IMG/VR virus record: IMGVR_UViG_3300044451_000434
Span: 64,001-128,000 of that record
DNA length: 64,000 nucleotides
DNA from: a virus
Strand: one strand, 5' to 3'
The notes beneath the pieces are model-generated. The model worked only from the letters and a program-made list of their open reading frames with translations, was not told the DNA's origin and did no database searches. Below, piece after piece: positions 9,660-18,251 of the stretch. Both the position numbers and the translations under genes were made by a program. Within the stretch, counting starts at the first letter, position 1. Every line of letters begins with the position of its first letter.

Positions 9660-12600
9660 CTATGCCCTTGCCAAGGTCCTAATGGCCATGGCAAATCCGT
9701 CAATTATGGCTGGAACCACCTGGTCCTTAGCCATGGCGGCAACTTGGCTAGATATGCTGCCAAAAACACTATCATCAAGACGAAGTTGACCAGTCGATGC
9801 AGATGCACCAGCCGTAGACGATGTCGCTGCAGCAGCAGGAGTTGCCGCAGGAGGCGTGCCCACCACAGACCCTGCAGCACCCCCCGCTGCAGCGGCTGCG
9901 ATTGCAGTCTGATCCATTCTGTATTCTATGCTTGCAACACCGTCAGTAGACATTTCAGTGTCCCTGTCAAGCCAAATGTGATGTTCCCGCGCCTGTCTTC
10001 TGTCAATTGTCAAAATGGCTGGAACCAACTGTTTGAGATAATCAGTGATAGCTATCTGTTCCTTAGCTATGGCGGCAACTTGGCTAGATATGCTGTCAAC
10101 AATCGAGTCAGAAACTATGCCTGCTGCTGTTGCAGCTTCTGCACTATTATCAAGACGAAGTTGACCAGTCGATGCAGATGCACCAGCCGTAGACGATGTC
10201 GCTGCAGCAGCAGGAGTTGCCGCAGAAGGCGTGCCCACCACAGACCCTGCAGCACCCCCCGCTGCTGCAGTCTGATCCATAGCGGCTCCCATTCTGTCTG
10301 CATTTAGGCTTGCAACATCGCCAGTTGCCCTGCCAGCTATCTGTTTGAGATAATCAGTGATTTCAGGCATTTGACTGCTAACCAACTCGTTGGTGTAACT
10401 AGCCATGTCCCTAGACCACTCGCCAGCCTGTATCCCACCAACTCCAAATGTGGACATCTCTGCCCCCCGTCCGTCGGCTGCGCCTGTTCGCAAACTGGTG
10501 GGCATGTCTTTTGCAGTCCTGAGAAGAGTCCCTAGGTTTTTCTCTTGGTCAACAACGATTTCCGCAAATACTCCAGCTCCTTCCATCATGGAGCTCAGGG
10601 CATCGAGATAGCCCTCCCTGATCTGCTTTGTCATCTCAAGTTGCTGCTTGATCAGACCGAGACGCGTGGTGTCAGCTTCGTTAAGCTTCTTTTGAGCATC
10701 AGCAGCTGCTTCCTTGAATGCCATAATCTCCCTATTTGCAGCTTCTATTTCTCCCGATTTACCATCGGCTTGAGCCTTGACAAGCTTCTGCTCGGCCTCT
10801 GCGGCTTTGTTGAGAAAATCTTGCTGGGTTTTAGTGAGTGCTGCCATTTCATTTTCAGTAGTTGATATCTGCTCACCAATCGTCTGAACGGCAGCGGCGC
10901 GCATCTCAGCACTGGCCCCAATTCCACTCGCCACACTGTCCATCAGGGATAGTTGAGCCTCAATCTGAGAAACTTCTGACTTCCTGTATTCGGATTCTTT
11001 ATTAAACCTAGCAACGCTAGCATCCAAGATTGTTTTGTTATTGTCTCTAATAGTCTTGGTGACATCATTAGATGCGCTTATTGCCTTTTGACGCTGCTTC
11101 TCAAGCATTGTCAAAACCTGATCAGCATTACCTTTTTTGACGGCCTCTACAACCGCTTCGGCGTCAAGTATTGCCTTTTTTAACTCTTGCTGTGCTGCTT
11201 CCTTTTTTTTCGGGTCTTGCTCAGCGTCAATCAGCTCTTGGGCTTGCTTGACCGTTTCTTTAAACCCGTACTGAAGTTCTTGTGCGGCATTCATTCGATC
11301 TTCAGGATTCTGGAGGGCAATTTGCCCTCTCTGAATAAATCCTAGTCTGGTTGCTTCTATTTCAGCGATCGCCGCCTTTGCCTTCACCTGCCTTTCCATG
11401 CTTTCTTTCATTTGCGAGGAGTACTCAGAATCATTAGCGGACTGATCTCCTATGTATCCACCTATTCCACTAATTTTTCCGAGCATCTCTGCCTGTATGG
11501 TGTACGCTTCGTTGATAGCCGTCACAACATCGCCGTGCACCTTTGCTTGGTCCGTAAGTTGCTCCTGCGCAAGCCTCAGACGATCCAGGGTCTGAAGCCG
11601 TAATGAACCAGTAACCATGCTAGCCAATTCGGCTGTAACGCCAGCTTTCATCGCCTTGTTAATTGCATTCTCCATTTTTTGTTGAGCTAGTTTAGTATTT
11701 ATTCTGCCCCTTTCCATTTTATCGAGGGCATCAGTCACATCTTTTTGATCAAGCATGTATTCCAACATAGCCTTAGCATCTTCCCCGCCTTCCGATGCAG
11801 CCTTCATCATTTCAGACTTAGCCTGAGATAGATCCATACCCTTGGCAAACAATTGTTCAAAAGAAGCAATCGTATCAGCGCTCAATTCTTTCTTCAATGC
11901 GGATGCACCTTCGGTGTCGACGTCCAAGTCTGAAACACCCTTATACCCTCCAGACGTCATCTTTTTCATCATTTCAGCAGTGGCCGCACCAGGGGCTAGG
12001 GTAAGACCCTTTACAAACTCTTGAACAGCAGGAATATTCCCTATCATAGAATACATGATCTTGCTCTCATTTGCAAGAACATTACTAGCCATTGTCGCAG
12101 TTTCCGCAAGACCAAGACGCTTCTTGGCCTGCTCGCTCAATCCTTCAGTGGTTCTCATTATGCTGGCAAGTTGATCTCTGTTGATCTCATTCATCGCATA
12201 CATCATTTCGGCATTTGCTTTTGTGATTTGACCTTGCCTCATGAGCGAATCACTAAGTTTGTCAACATCGGCAGCACCAGCACGTTGAGCAGCCTTAAGC
12301 TTGTCAGCAGCATCAATCATCAACAACTGATCTTCGTATGCTAAGCGCGTTTTCTGACTAAAATCCTCAAGCCTAGTCATATATGCCTTAATCGCCTCTG
12401 AAGTCATGCCAAAGCGATCACCAGCAAACTGCACCACAGCAGCTATCTTTTCCTGCCCAGTGATTGCCACAGGCATATTCATGGCAAGATCCTGCTGTAT
12501 CTTCAACAGGTCTTCGTATGGAAGAGAGAATTGACGAGAAAGATTGGCAGTACTCGCGGCAATTCCGTCGGCAGTTTTACCATACAGTGCAAGAGTGCGC

Positions 12601-12761
12601 TCAGCTCCCACAAGGCTAACATTTATCTTGTTGCCGAACTCCAATAAATTAGACATGGAAAGCCCGAGACCCCCCATGCTTTGAATGGCATTATTTGCTG
12701 CCACGCCCATGTTGGCTAAAGTGCCAGAAATTGCTTCGATTTTGCCTGCAATATCAGTCAA
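9660..12761 (-). CDS. Tail tape measure protein
   Basis: 1033 aa, Ala/Gln/Lys/Met-rich and helical/coiled-coil in character; follows the tube and chaperone genes; TTG start. Confidence 0.8.
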   Translation of the reverse strand: MTDIAGKIEAISGTLANMGVAANNAIQSMGGLGLSMSNLLEFGNKINVSLVGAERTLALYGKTADGIAASTANLSRQFSLPYEDLLKIQQDLAMNMPVAITGQEKIAAVVQFAGDRFGMTSEAIKAYMTRLEDFSQKTRLAYEDQLLMIDAADKLKAAQRAGAADVDKLSDSLMRQGQITKANAEMMYAMNEINRDQLASIMRTTEGLSEQAKKRLGLAETATMASNVLANESKIMYSMIGNIPAVQEFVKGLTLAPGAATAEMMKKMTSGGYKGVSDLDVDTEGASALKKELSADTIASFEQLFAKGMDLSQAKSEMMKAASEGGEDAKAMLEYMLDQKDVTDALDKMERGRINTKLAQQKMENAINKAMKAGVTAELASMVTGSLRLQTLDRLRLAQEQLTDQAKVHGDVVTAINEAYTIQAEMLGKISGIGGYIGDQSANDSEYSSQMKESMERQVKAKAAIAEIEATRLGFIQRGQIALQNPEDRMNAAQELQYGFKETVKQAQELIDAEQDPKKKEAAQQELKKAILDAEAVVEAVKKGNADQVLTMLEKQRQKAISASNDVTKTIRDNNKTILDASVARFNKESEYRKSEVSQIEAQLSLMDSVASGIGASAEMRAAAVQTIGEQISTTENEMAALTKTQQDFLNKAAEAEQKLVKAQADGKSGEIEAANREIMAFKEAAADAQKKLNEADTTRLGLIKQQLEMTKQIREGYLDALSSMMEGAGVFAEIVVDQEKNLGTLLRTAKDMPTSLRTGAADGRGAEMSTFGVGGIQAGEWSRDMASYTNELVSSQMPEITDYLKQIAGRATGDVASLNADRMGAAMDQTAAAGGAAGSVVGTPSAATPAAAATSSTAGASASTGQLRLDNSAEAATAAGIVSDSIVDSISSQVAAIAKEQIAITDYLKQLVPAILTIDRRQAREHHIWLDRDTEMSTDGVASIEYRMDQTAIAAAAAGGAAGSVVGTPPAATPAAAATSSTAGASASTGQLRLDDSVFGSISSQVAAMAKDQVVPAIIDGFAMAIRTLARA
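9767..10265. repeat. Direct repeat in the tape measure 3' end: 9767-9890 vs 10142-10265 (122/124 identical)
   Basis: Aligned by eye at offset 375, with mismatches at 9773/10148 and 9851/10226. Shorter repeats: 9724-9759 vs 10060-10095 and 10029-10049 vs 10341-10361. Confidence 0.95.
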
Positions 12762-12804
12762 GACAGAGTCCGCCTCTCTGTCTATTTTCTAACACAATGC
12801 ATAC

Positions 12805-13185
12805 TCACCTCTCCGAGACGAGAGAGGTGAGGAATATGGCGGCGTCTTCGGAAAGGCTGCCTATCTTTTCCTCGTTGCAGGGTATTGCGTTACCCTCTGA
12901 GTCTGTGAACGACCAGCCTATCATCATCTTTTTGAACCTAGCCGATCGGAATGTGATGGGATCAAAAACAAGCCTTGATCCATCGTTTCTCATAGAGGAC
13001 TCCTGAATCTTCAGAGAAGCGGCGTATGAAATTGGTCGACACATGACGTGGTGCTGCTGAAAATTACCTTCGCCCAAGGCTGCCAATGCCTCTTCCTTGG
13101 TTTTGAAGAACACTGCTTTACCTGCCTGGAAACCAACCCAGAAATCAATCTTGAACTCGTCCGATTTTGAGATGAATATCGACAT
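12805..13185 (-). CDS. Tail assembly chaperone-like protein (second copy)
   Basis: 126 aa; FDP...IGWSFTDSEGNAIPCNEEKIGSL is typical of phage tail chaperones; immediately upstream of the tape measure gene. Confidence 0.65.
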   Translation of the reverse strand: MSIFISKSDEFKIDFWVGFQAGKAVFFKTKEEALAALGEGNFQQHHVMCRPISYAASLKIQESSMRNDGSRLVFDPITFRSARFKKMMIGWSFTDSEGNAIPCNEEKIGSLSEDAAIFLTSLVSER

Positions 13186-13186
13186 G

Positions 13187-13413
13187 TTAGATCCTTGCTC
13201 CCATCATCATACTGAACACTTTTACTATATCGGCATTTTTTAATCTTGACCCCAACATTGCCATGTTGGAAAAGGCATAAAAATCTGAAACCCTCAGATT
13301 TCTTATGTCTTCTATTGTCCATCCGTAGTGGTGGGCCATTATGTATTCTCTCAGGCGATCAGTCACGAGCGGGATGTCTTCGTCCCGCCACAGGTGACCG
13401 ACCGCCTCTATGG
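13187..13413 (-). CDS. gpT-like -1 frameshift extension of the tail assembly chaperone (G-T fusion; not in the ORF track)
   Basis: The -1 frame reads TIEAVGHLWRDEDIPLVTDRLREYIMAHHYGWTIEDIRNL...MMMGARI*. It fills the gap exactly and stops 1 nt before the next ATG. AxxxGWTxxxIxxL is typical of chaperone extensions. Confidence 0.85.
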
Positions 13414-13420
13414 TTTTCCC
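13355..13420 (-). promoter_or_regulatory. Programmed -1 ribosomal frameshift signal: G_GGA_AAA (13420-13414), 8-nt spacer, 12-bp stem
   Basis: In-frame CCG GGA AAA CCA TAG. Downstream GCGGTCGGTCAC pairs with GTGACTGATCGC and encloses a GCGGGA/TCCCGC stem. Confidence 0.85.
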
Positions 13421-13824
13421 GGGTCGGGGTCCTCATCTGTAAACATTAATTTTTCGTATGCAGACACCAAGGAATCGAATACATCAGAATCCATCTTTGT
13501 AATGTCGCCATTGTCAAATGACCCTGACTTTTCCCCTTCGTGCCAAGAGCCACAAACCAAGCCAGTCTGTGCCATGAGAGACCTGTAAGCCATAGGGTCA
13601 ATAACATAGTCCCCCTGTATTGGATCGAAGCGCCTGGCGCCCGAAACAACCTGAGCACGCTGACCCCAAGTTACGGTTTTCCATTTACAAGTCACATACA
13701 TGTGCACAAGCGCTCCTGGAGCCTGTCCGTTCCAAGAGCCGACAAGCGACCACCGCCTGCCCTGCTTTTCACTGCGGACAAAACCAGTACATGTGGTGAA
13801 TTCTGCGCCAAAGGGTCCAGTCAT
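13408..13824 (-). CDS. Tail assembly chaperone (gpG-like)
   Basis: Follows the tail tube gene and ends at the slippery site (...DPGKP*). Confidence 0.75.
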   Translation of the reverse strand: MTGPFGAEFTTCTGFVRSEKQGRRWSLVGSWNGQAPGALVHMYVTCKWKTVTWGQRAQVVSGARRFDPIQGDYVIDPMAYRSLMAQTGLVCGSWHEGEKSGSFDNGDITKMDSDVFDSLVSAYEKLMFTDEDPDPGKP

Positions 13825-13844
13825 GAACCTATTTTATCGGATGA

Positions 13845-14849
13845 TTATAGAGGGAATGGGTGTGGCTGATCTCCCATACTCCACGGTTCACCACCATAAT
13901 CAGATATCGCAAGATACCTGCCGGCGTCGGTACCTAAAGAAACAAATGCCATGGGTGTCTCGATGATTCCGTTGGTGAGTTCTGTGCTGTCCAACTGGAA
14001 GACGCAGCCGAAGAACTTCACAAGAGTTGTCGGGGTTGGTCCGATTTTGGCCTGCAACATAAGATTGACATGCGGGATATTTTCGCCCGGATCATCTTCC
14101 CGATTTTTTGCCTGATCGGCCAAGGTTGATGGGCGACCAAAAAATGTTATACTACCAGTTATCTTACGCTTCTTTGGCAGGATGTCGTATGGAGCCAACT
14201 GCCCCGCGATGACATACACCTCTTCCGACTGGTTGTCAATTGTTACATTGAATTGCTTAATTAATTTGAACTCATTTTGATTGACACCACCATTGTTCAT
14301 GTTCTCCATGCCGATGGTTACATCGTTGTAAGAGATAACACGGAGAGGAGATTCCGCATCTGCAGTTGTTAAGTTGGGAAGAGCATCCGCTGCTGTTGCT
14401 GCCCGACGACCCCTGCCTCGGAATTCAGCAGTGCAATCCAAGGTACCATTGGCAGATATATCCAGTGTTATTTTGTCAACGACCATGTCTTCGTATACAA
14501 ATGTGAAACCAGAGTGGTAATGAACCACCACATCAACAGTTTTCGCGAATTTGCCATCTGCCGTTCTCCTGCCTGCAGCAGTCCACAACTCCGCGAAGGT
14601 GTCGAGGTTTCCGCCATCCTGTGCCTTATCTAGGGTGAACTTTACTTGGCCTGATGCCTTAAAATTGCCCATCTTGTATCTGGTCATGTCAATGCTGCCG
14701 TCGATATCCTCAACTGGTTCAATTGACTGTTCACCCTTGATGTTGCAAGTCGTTACACGCAGGATACTCCCGTTGATGGCCACCACGCCAGGGAATCCAG
14801 CACGCACGGGAAAATTTTGGTTACTAATAGGTTCCTCAAATGATGGCAT
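13845..14849 (-). CDS. Major tail (tube) protein
   Basis: 334 aa, beta-rich, with tube-like motifs (ITLDISANGTLDCTAEFRG; FNVTIDN; RKITGSITF). GAGG SD. Directly upstream of the chaperones. Confidence 0.75.
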   Translation of the reverse strand: MPSFEEPISNQNFPVRAGFPGVVAINGSILRVTTCNIKGEQSIEPVEDIDGSIDMTRYKMGNFKASGQVKFTLDKAQDGGNLDTFAELWTAAGRRTADGKFAKTVDVVVHYHSGFTFVYEDMVVDKITLDISANGTLDCTAEFRGRGRRAATAADALPNLTTADAESPLRVISYNDVTIGMENMNNGGVNQNEFKLIKQFNVTIDNQSEEVYVIAGQLAPYDILPKKRKITGSITFFGRPSTLADQAKNREDDPGENIPHVNLMLQAKIGPTPTTLVKFFGCVFQLDSTELTNGIIETPMAFVSLGTDAGRYLAISDYGGEPWSMGDQPHPFPL

Positions 14850-14890
14850 TATTTTACCTCATCTCGTCGATGATCGTGAGAACAGACTCA

Positions 14891-15259
14891 TCAGGATTCA
14901 ATGTTGTCTGCACTGATGGTGAAGCCTAAATTTGAACTCAACTCCGCAAAAACTGGGTCAACTTGAATGTCGCCTGCCTGCAAGAAACTGTCAAGAGAAG
15001 CATTTGTCCTGCGCAACACATGGTTGTTTAGGGCTGCCACGGCAGAATTCAGGGTCGTGGTTGCCTGTGTGTTCGCGGTCACTGCTTCATAACTGCTGAA
15101 AAAAGGTGACAAGAGGTCAATTGAAGGCTGGACCGTGTCAAATAGCGCAATTTCGTACACAGCGCTATACACAGAATCCTTAGCCAGCAACAAGGTCGCC
15201 TTACACTCTGCAATATAATCCGAAAGATTCTTGTATTCTGCTGCTGAAATTACTGCCAT
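14891..15259 (-). CDS. Hypothetical virion protein (122 aa)
   Basis: Strong GGAGGAG SD; lies in the tail operon. Confidence 0.6.
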   Translation of the reverse strand: MAVISAAEYKNLSDYIAECKATLLLAKDSVYSAVYEIALFDTVQPSIDLLSPFFSSYEAVTANTQATTTLNSAVAALNNHVLRRTNASLDSFLQAGDIQVDPVFAELSSNLGFTISADNIES

Positions 15260-15275
15260 TTGCTCCTCCGATGGT

Positions 15276-16361
15276 TCATAATGATGTTACACTTTCTACA
15301 TCAAGTTTCCCTGCTTCCCTTCTTGAGATTAATGGCAGCAATTTGATAAAAATATCAAGATGGTTGGGAATAGCCGAAAGATCGCAAGGTCGCGAGGGTT
15401 CTGATAGGGACGATAAGGCCACCAATGTCTCTGAAAGAGCCCCTGGAATCGGTATATGCAGCAACTTGCCTGGCGCAGACATGAACGGGACAGATGGAAG
15501 GAGATGGCTGCATCCAAGGGCCCGGAAGACTGGGCAGTCGGTCACCACCGAATCAACCCCAAATTTGGCGGCTTCAACCACAGAAACCGCAGAAGACGGG
15601 CATAGGACAGGGAAAATCGCCGCCCAAGCGCCAGCAAGCGTCTGCGCGTACAGGAGGTCGTCCACCCCGTACTCCACAGAAGAGGCCGCCCAAGCCTGCC
15701 TAGAGCCTGCTGGTAGTCTCCCACGACCAAGGTCAAAATCTCCAGGATCAGCCCCATTTGTTCCGATCACAAGCTCCCATCCACCGCTAGACAGACCAGA
15801 CTTCTCCCATTCCGACAGAAGGTATGAAAAATTATTAGACTCAAAGTTTCTCATGGGTGCAAAAAAATACTTCCCCCTCTTGATCCCGTGCACATCCTGC
15901 GAAAGCATGGCGGTTGACGGTATAGAAACTTGAACATTTTTTGCACCAGATCTGGTAGCTTGGTTTGCTGCCATCCTGCTGCAGGCTATGACCGCATCAG
16001 CTAGAGGACATGAATCGTAGGGTCTGTCAACATGTCTTTCGCAGTCGTTCAATATGTGCAACCATCCAAAATCGCCAATCCCGACCACCCTACAGGCTGC
16101 GACATGGGCGGCATCTGCGTCATCCCCAAAAGATATCACCAGATCTGGTTTCGCTGATTCGCAAAATGCGCCAAAGTTGACCGCTGCCGCAACCCCTCTT
16201 GGCAACGGCAAGCACCTTGGGATGTCTAAATCAGCAGATAGATCAAAAAACACCCCAACATGTTCGGGAAAAGATTTTTGAACATGTCGCCATATGACAT
16301 CGCCAATTCTTGAGTTGGCGGTCAACAGATGAGGGCTGCAACCTGTCACGGCAACAATCAT
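15276..16361 (-). CDS. Divergent GT-B (GT4-like) glycosyltransferase
   Basis: Likely ATG at 16361 (TGATG coupling). Shows KPDLVISFGD, ADAVIACS and a degenerate nucleotide-sugar motif PSSAVSVVEAAKFGVDSVVTD. Confidence 0.5.
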   Translation of the reverse strand: MIVAVTGCSPHLLTANSRIGDVIWRHVQKSFPEHVGVFFDLSADLDIPRCLPLPRGVAAAVNFGAFCESAKPDLVISFGDDADAAHVAACRVVGIGDFGWLHILNDCERHVDRPYDSCPLADAVIACSRMAANQATRSGAKNVQVSIPSTAMLSQDVHGIKRGKYFFAPMRNFESNNFSYLLSEWEKSGLSSGGWELVIGTNGADPGDFDLGRGRLPAGSRQAWAASSVEYGVDDLLYAQTLAGAWAAIFPVLCPSSAVSVVEAAKFGVDSVVTDCPVFRALGCSHLLPSVPFMSAPGKLLHIPIPGALSETLVALSSLSEPSRPCDLSAIPNHLDIFIKLLPLISRREAGKLDVESVTSL

Positions 16362-17269
16362 CACGGAGGCTGCCTCCAAGAATCGCCAAATCCGTATGGA
16401 GGGTGCATCTGGGCTTCGGTTGCACTCCAACTTATTTTAGCAGCCTTCAGCAATGTGTCCTTATGGACGAATCCATACTCAATATTTCTTGGCCAACATT
16501 TGTACAAAAATCTTTCAACAAGTATGGCCTTGGGGTCATTTACTACAAGATACTCGTTTTTTGCAGGCTCAGACAGCCTGATCACCTGACCGTCGACGAT
16601 CTCAGCCACATGGCAATCTTCAGATATGAATACACTGTCCAACAAAATGAACTGACCTGCAGTAATGCCGTCTGTATCTGCAAGCCTCACAAAAACATCA
16701 CCCTGCTCAATATCAGCTATGATTGACACATATCCCTTATCGCCAGCAATAGCAACAGGATTTTTCTTTAGACCTGTTTCTATAATGTTGGTAAGATGTA
16801 AAAGATACTCATAGCCCTCCTCTTGGGCGGCATCCGCAACATAGCAGACGATGTCAACCTCGTATGTTTCGTTGCTTACCTCCAAACCAATCCATTCAGA
16901 GTTCTTGCTCTTGCCATTTATCGTTATTGCAGGGTATTTTATGATAGTGTTTGGATCCCCAAGATATATACCCTGAATAAATTGCCCCTTCACAGCCTTG
17001 CGCAAATTGCAGCTCCCAACATTCCAATCAGAAAATCTGACACCATCTTGAAGAACTACATGCGTATCATCAGGAATCTCAACAACAATATGAGGATATT
17101 CAAATTCTTCACCATCGGTGATCAGCACATCATCGCCAACCTTGAAGCGATGAGAAGTTCTCAGCGTCAAAACATTGTCACCAACAGCTATGGGCTCCGT
17201 TATGGGAGATTGAAAGTTAACCCATCTGTGTATAATCTGTCGGAGACTAGTGAGAACCTTATACATCAA
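16361..17269 (-). CDS. Tail terminator/neck protein with two inserted beta-domains
   Basis: IYLGDPNTIIKYPAITING and YEVDIVCYV resemble gpU-like terminators; position upstream of the tube gene. Confidence 0.55.
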   Translation of the reverse strand: MMYKVLTSLRQIIHRWVNFQSPITEPIAVGDNVLTLRTSHRFKVGDDVLITDGEEFEYPHIVVEIPDDTHVVLQDGVRFSDWNVGSCNLRKAVKGQFIQGIYLGDPNTIIKYPAITINGKSKNSEWIGLEVSNETYEVDIVCYVADAAQEEGYEYLLHLTNIIETGLKKNPVAIAGDKGYVSIIADIEQGDVFVRLADTDGITAGQFILLDSVFISEDCHVAEIVDGQVIRLSEPAKNEYLVVNDPKAILVERFLYKCWPRNIEYGFVHKDTLLKAAKISWSATEAQMHPPYGFGDSWRQPP

Positions 17270-17529
17270 AGTGGGTATTTCATTATTTTTTCAACAACCC
17301 TATCAAGCATATCTTCCACAATCGCATTTATCTTGTCCATCTTGGCAGCATCTTCGGGCGAAGCGCTTCTTACTGCAGCGTCTTGAGTTGCCTCTTCTCT
17401 AGAGGAAAATATTCTTGTGCTAGCATATATGCGAGATGGAGCACTAGAAGACTCGGCAGACCCATCTTTTATGGCATTGATCTGCGCTAGAGCCGAGCTG
17501 ACAATATCTCTCATTTCTGCCATGATCAC
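17266..17529 (-). CDS. Hypothetical 87-aa protein
   Basis: Start and stop overlap both neighbours. Confidence 0.55.
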   Translation of the reverse strand: MIMAEMRDIVSSALAQINAIKDGSAESSSAPSRIYASTRIFSSREEATQDAAVRSASPEDAAKMDKINAIVEDMLDRVVEKIMKYPL

Positions 17530-18251
17530 ATCTCAGGAATGTCTCTAGTCGAATCCTGATCAGTATTGGGTAGTGCATATCTACTCAGAAGCGTGGGGTT
17601 GGCAAATCTGCTTGAGATTCTATTCTGACCATGAAGAACAGTTCTCCCATTCAATATATTGCTCAACATGATGCGTGCCTGATTTCTCAACCCTTTGCCA
17701 TATTCGCTGTTTCCAGTCGCGCTCATGTAAGAGAAGTACCTGTCAAATAGACTGGCGACACAGAGACGTGCTGATGTCCCCGGGACAGGATCGGGGAATT
17801 TCACGCGCAGCAATCGTGATTCTGCGGCTGAAAAATCCACCAAGAAAGGTTCATTGACGATGAGGTTTGTTCCGTTCGCAACATCAGCGACTGTTCTTCT
17901 CTCATTAATAAATCCATTTGTCAACACAATCACATCACCAGGAACGAATACATTTGCATTTGGACTCATGATGACAACATCTGTGTTGTAGGGATCAATG
18001 TCTACCACAAGTTCAAATTCCACATCACTTATCTCTCTCAGTGGAGTGCTGTACATGGAGCTCAAAATAGAGTTTATGTACTGGTCGGCGAGAACAATGT
18101 GCTGATCAAGAATCTCGTCGGTTATCACATTCCCCTTGAGCATGTTACCAAAGTTGACGAGATCGCCTTTCTGAGTGAGCGTTGGATCTGTTGCAGTCGT
18201 AAAAGACTGGGCAAAAACACGCTTGCAAAGGTCTCGCGTTGCATATCCCAT
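17526..18251 (-). CDS. Head-tail adaptor (Mu gp36/DUF1320-like) with an inserted domain
   Basis: MGYAT...ADQYINSILSSMYSTPL...ARIMLSNILNG pattern. Confidence 0.65.
   Translation of the reverse strand: MGYATRDLCKRVFAQSFTTATDPTLTQKGDLVNFGNMLKGNVITDEILDQHIVLADQYINSILSSMYSTPLREISDVEFELVVDIDPYNTDVVIMSPNANVFVPGDVIVLTNGFINERRTVADVANGTNLIVNEPFLVDFSAAESRLLRVKFPDPVPGTSARLCVASLFDRYFSYMSATGNSEYGKGLRNQARIMLSNILNGRTVLHGQNRISSRFANPTLLSRYALPNTDQDSTRDIPEM

Noticed and set aside
9767-10265. Near-identical repeat pair as a DGR template/variable repeat
   Set aside because: Only 2 mismatches, not adenine-specific on one strand; both copies are in frame in one gene; no reverse transcriptase in the window.
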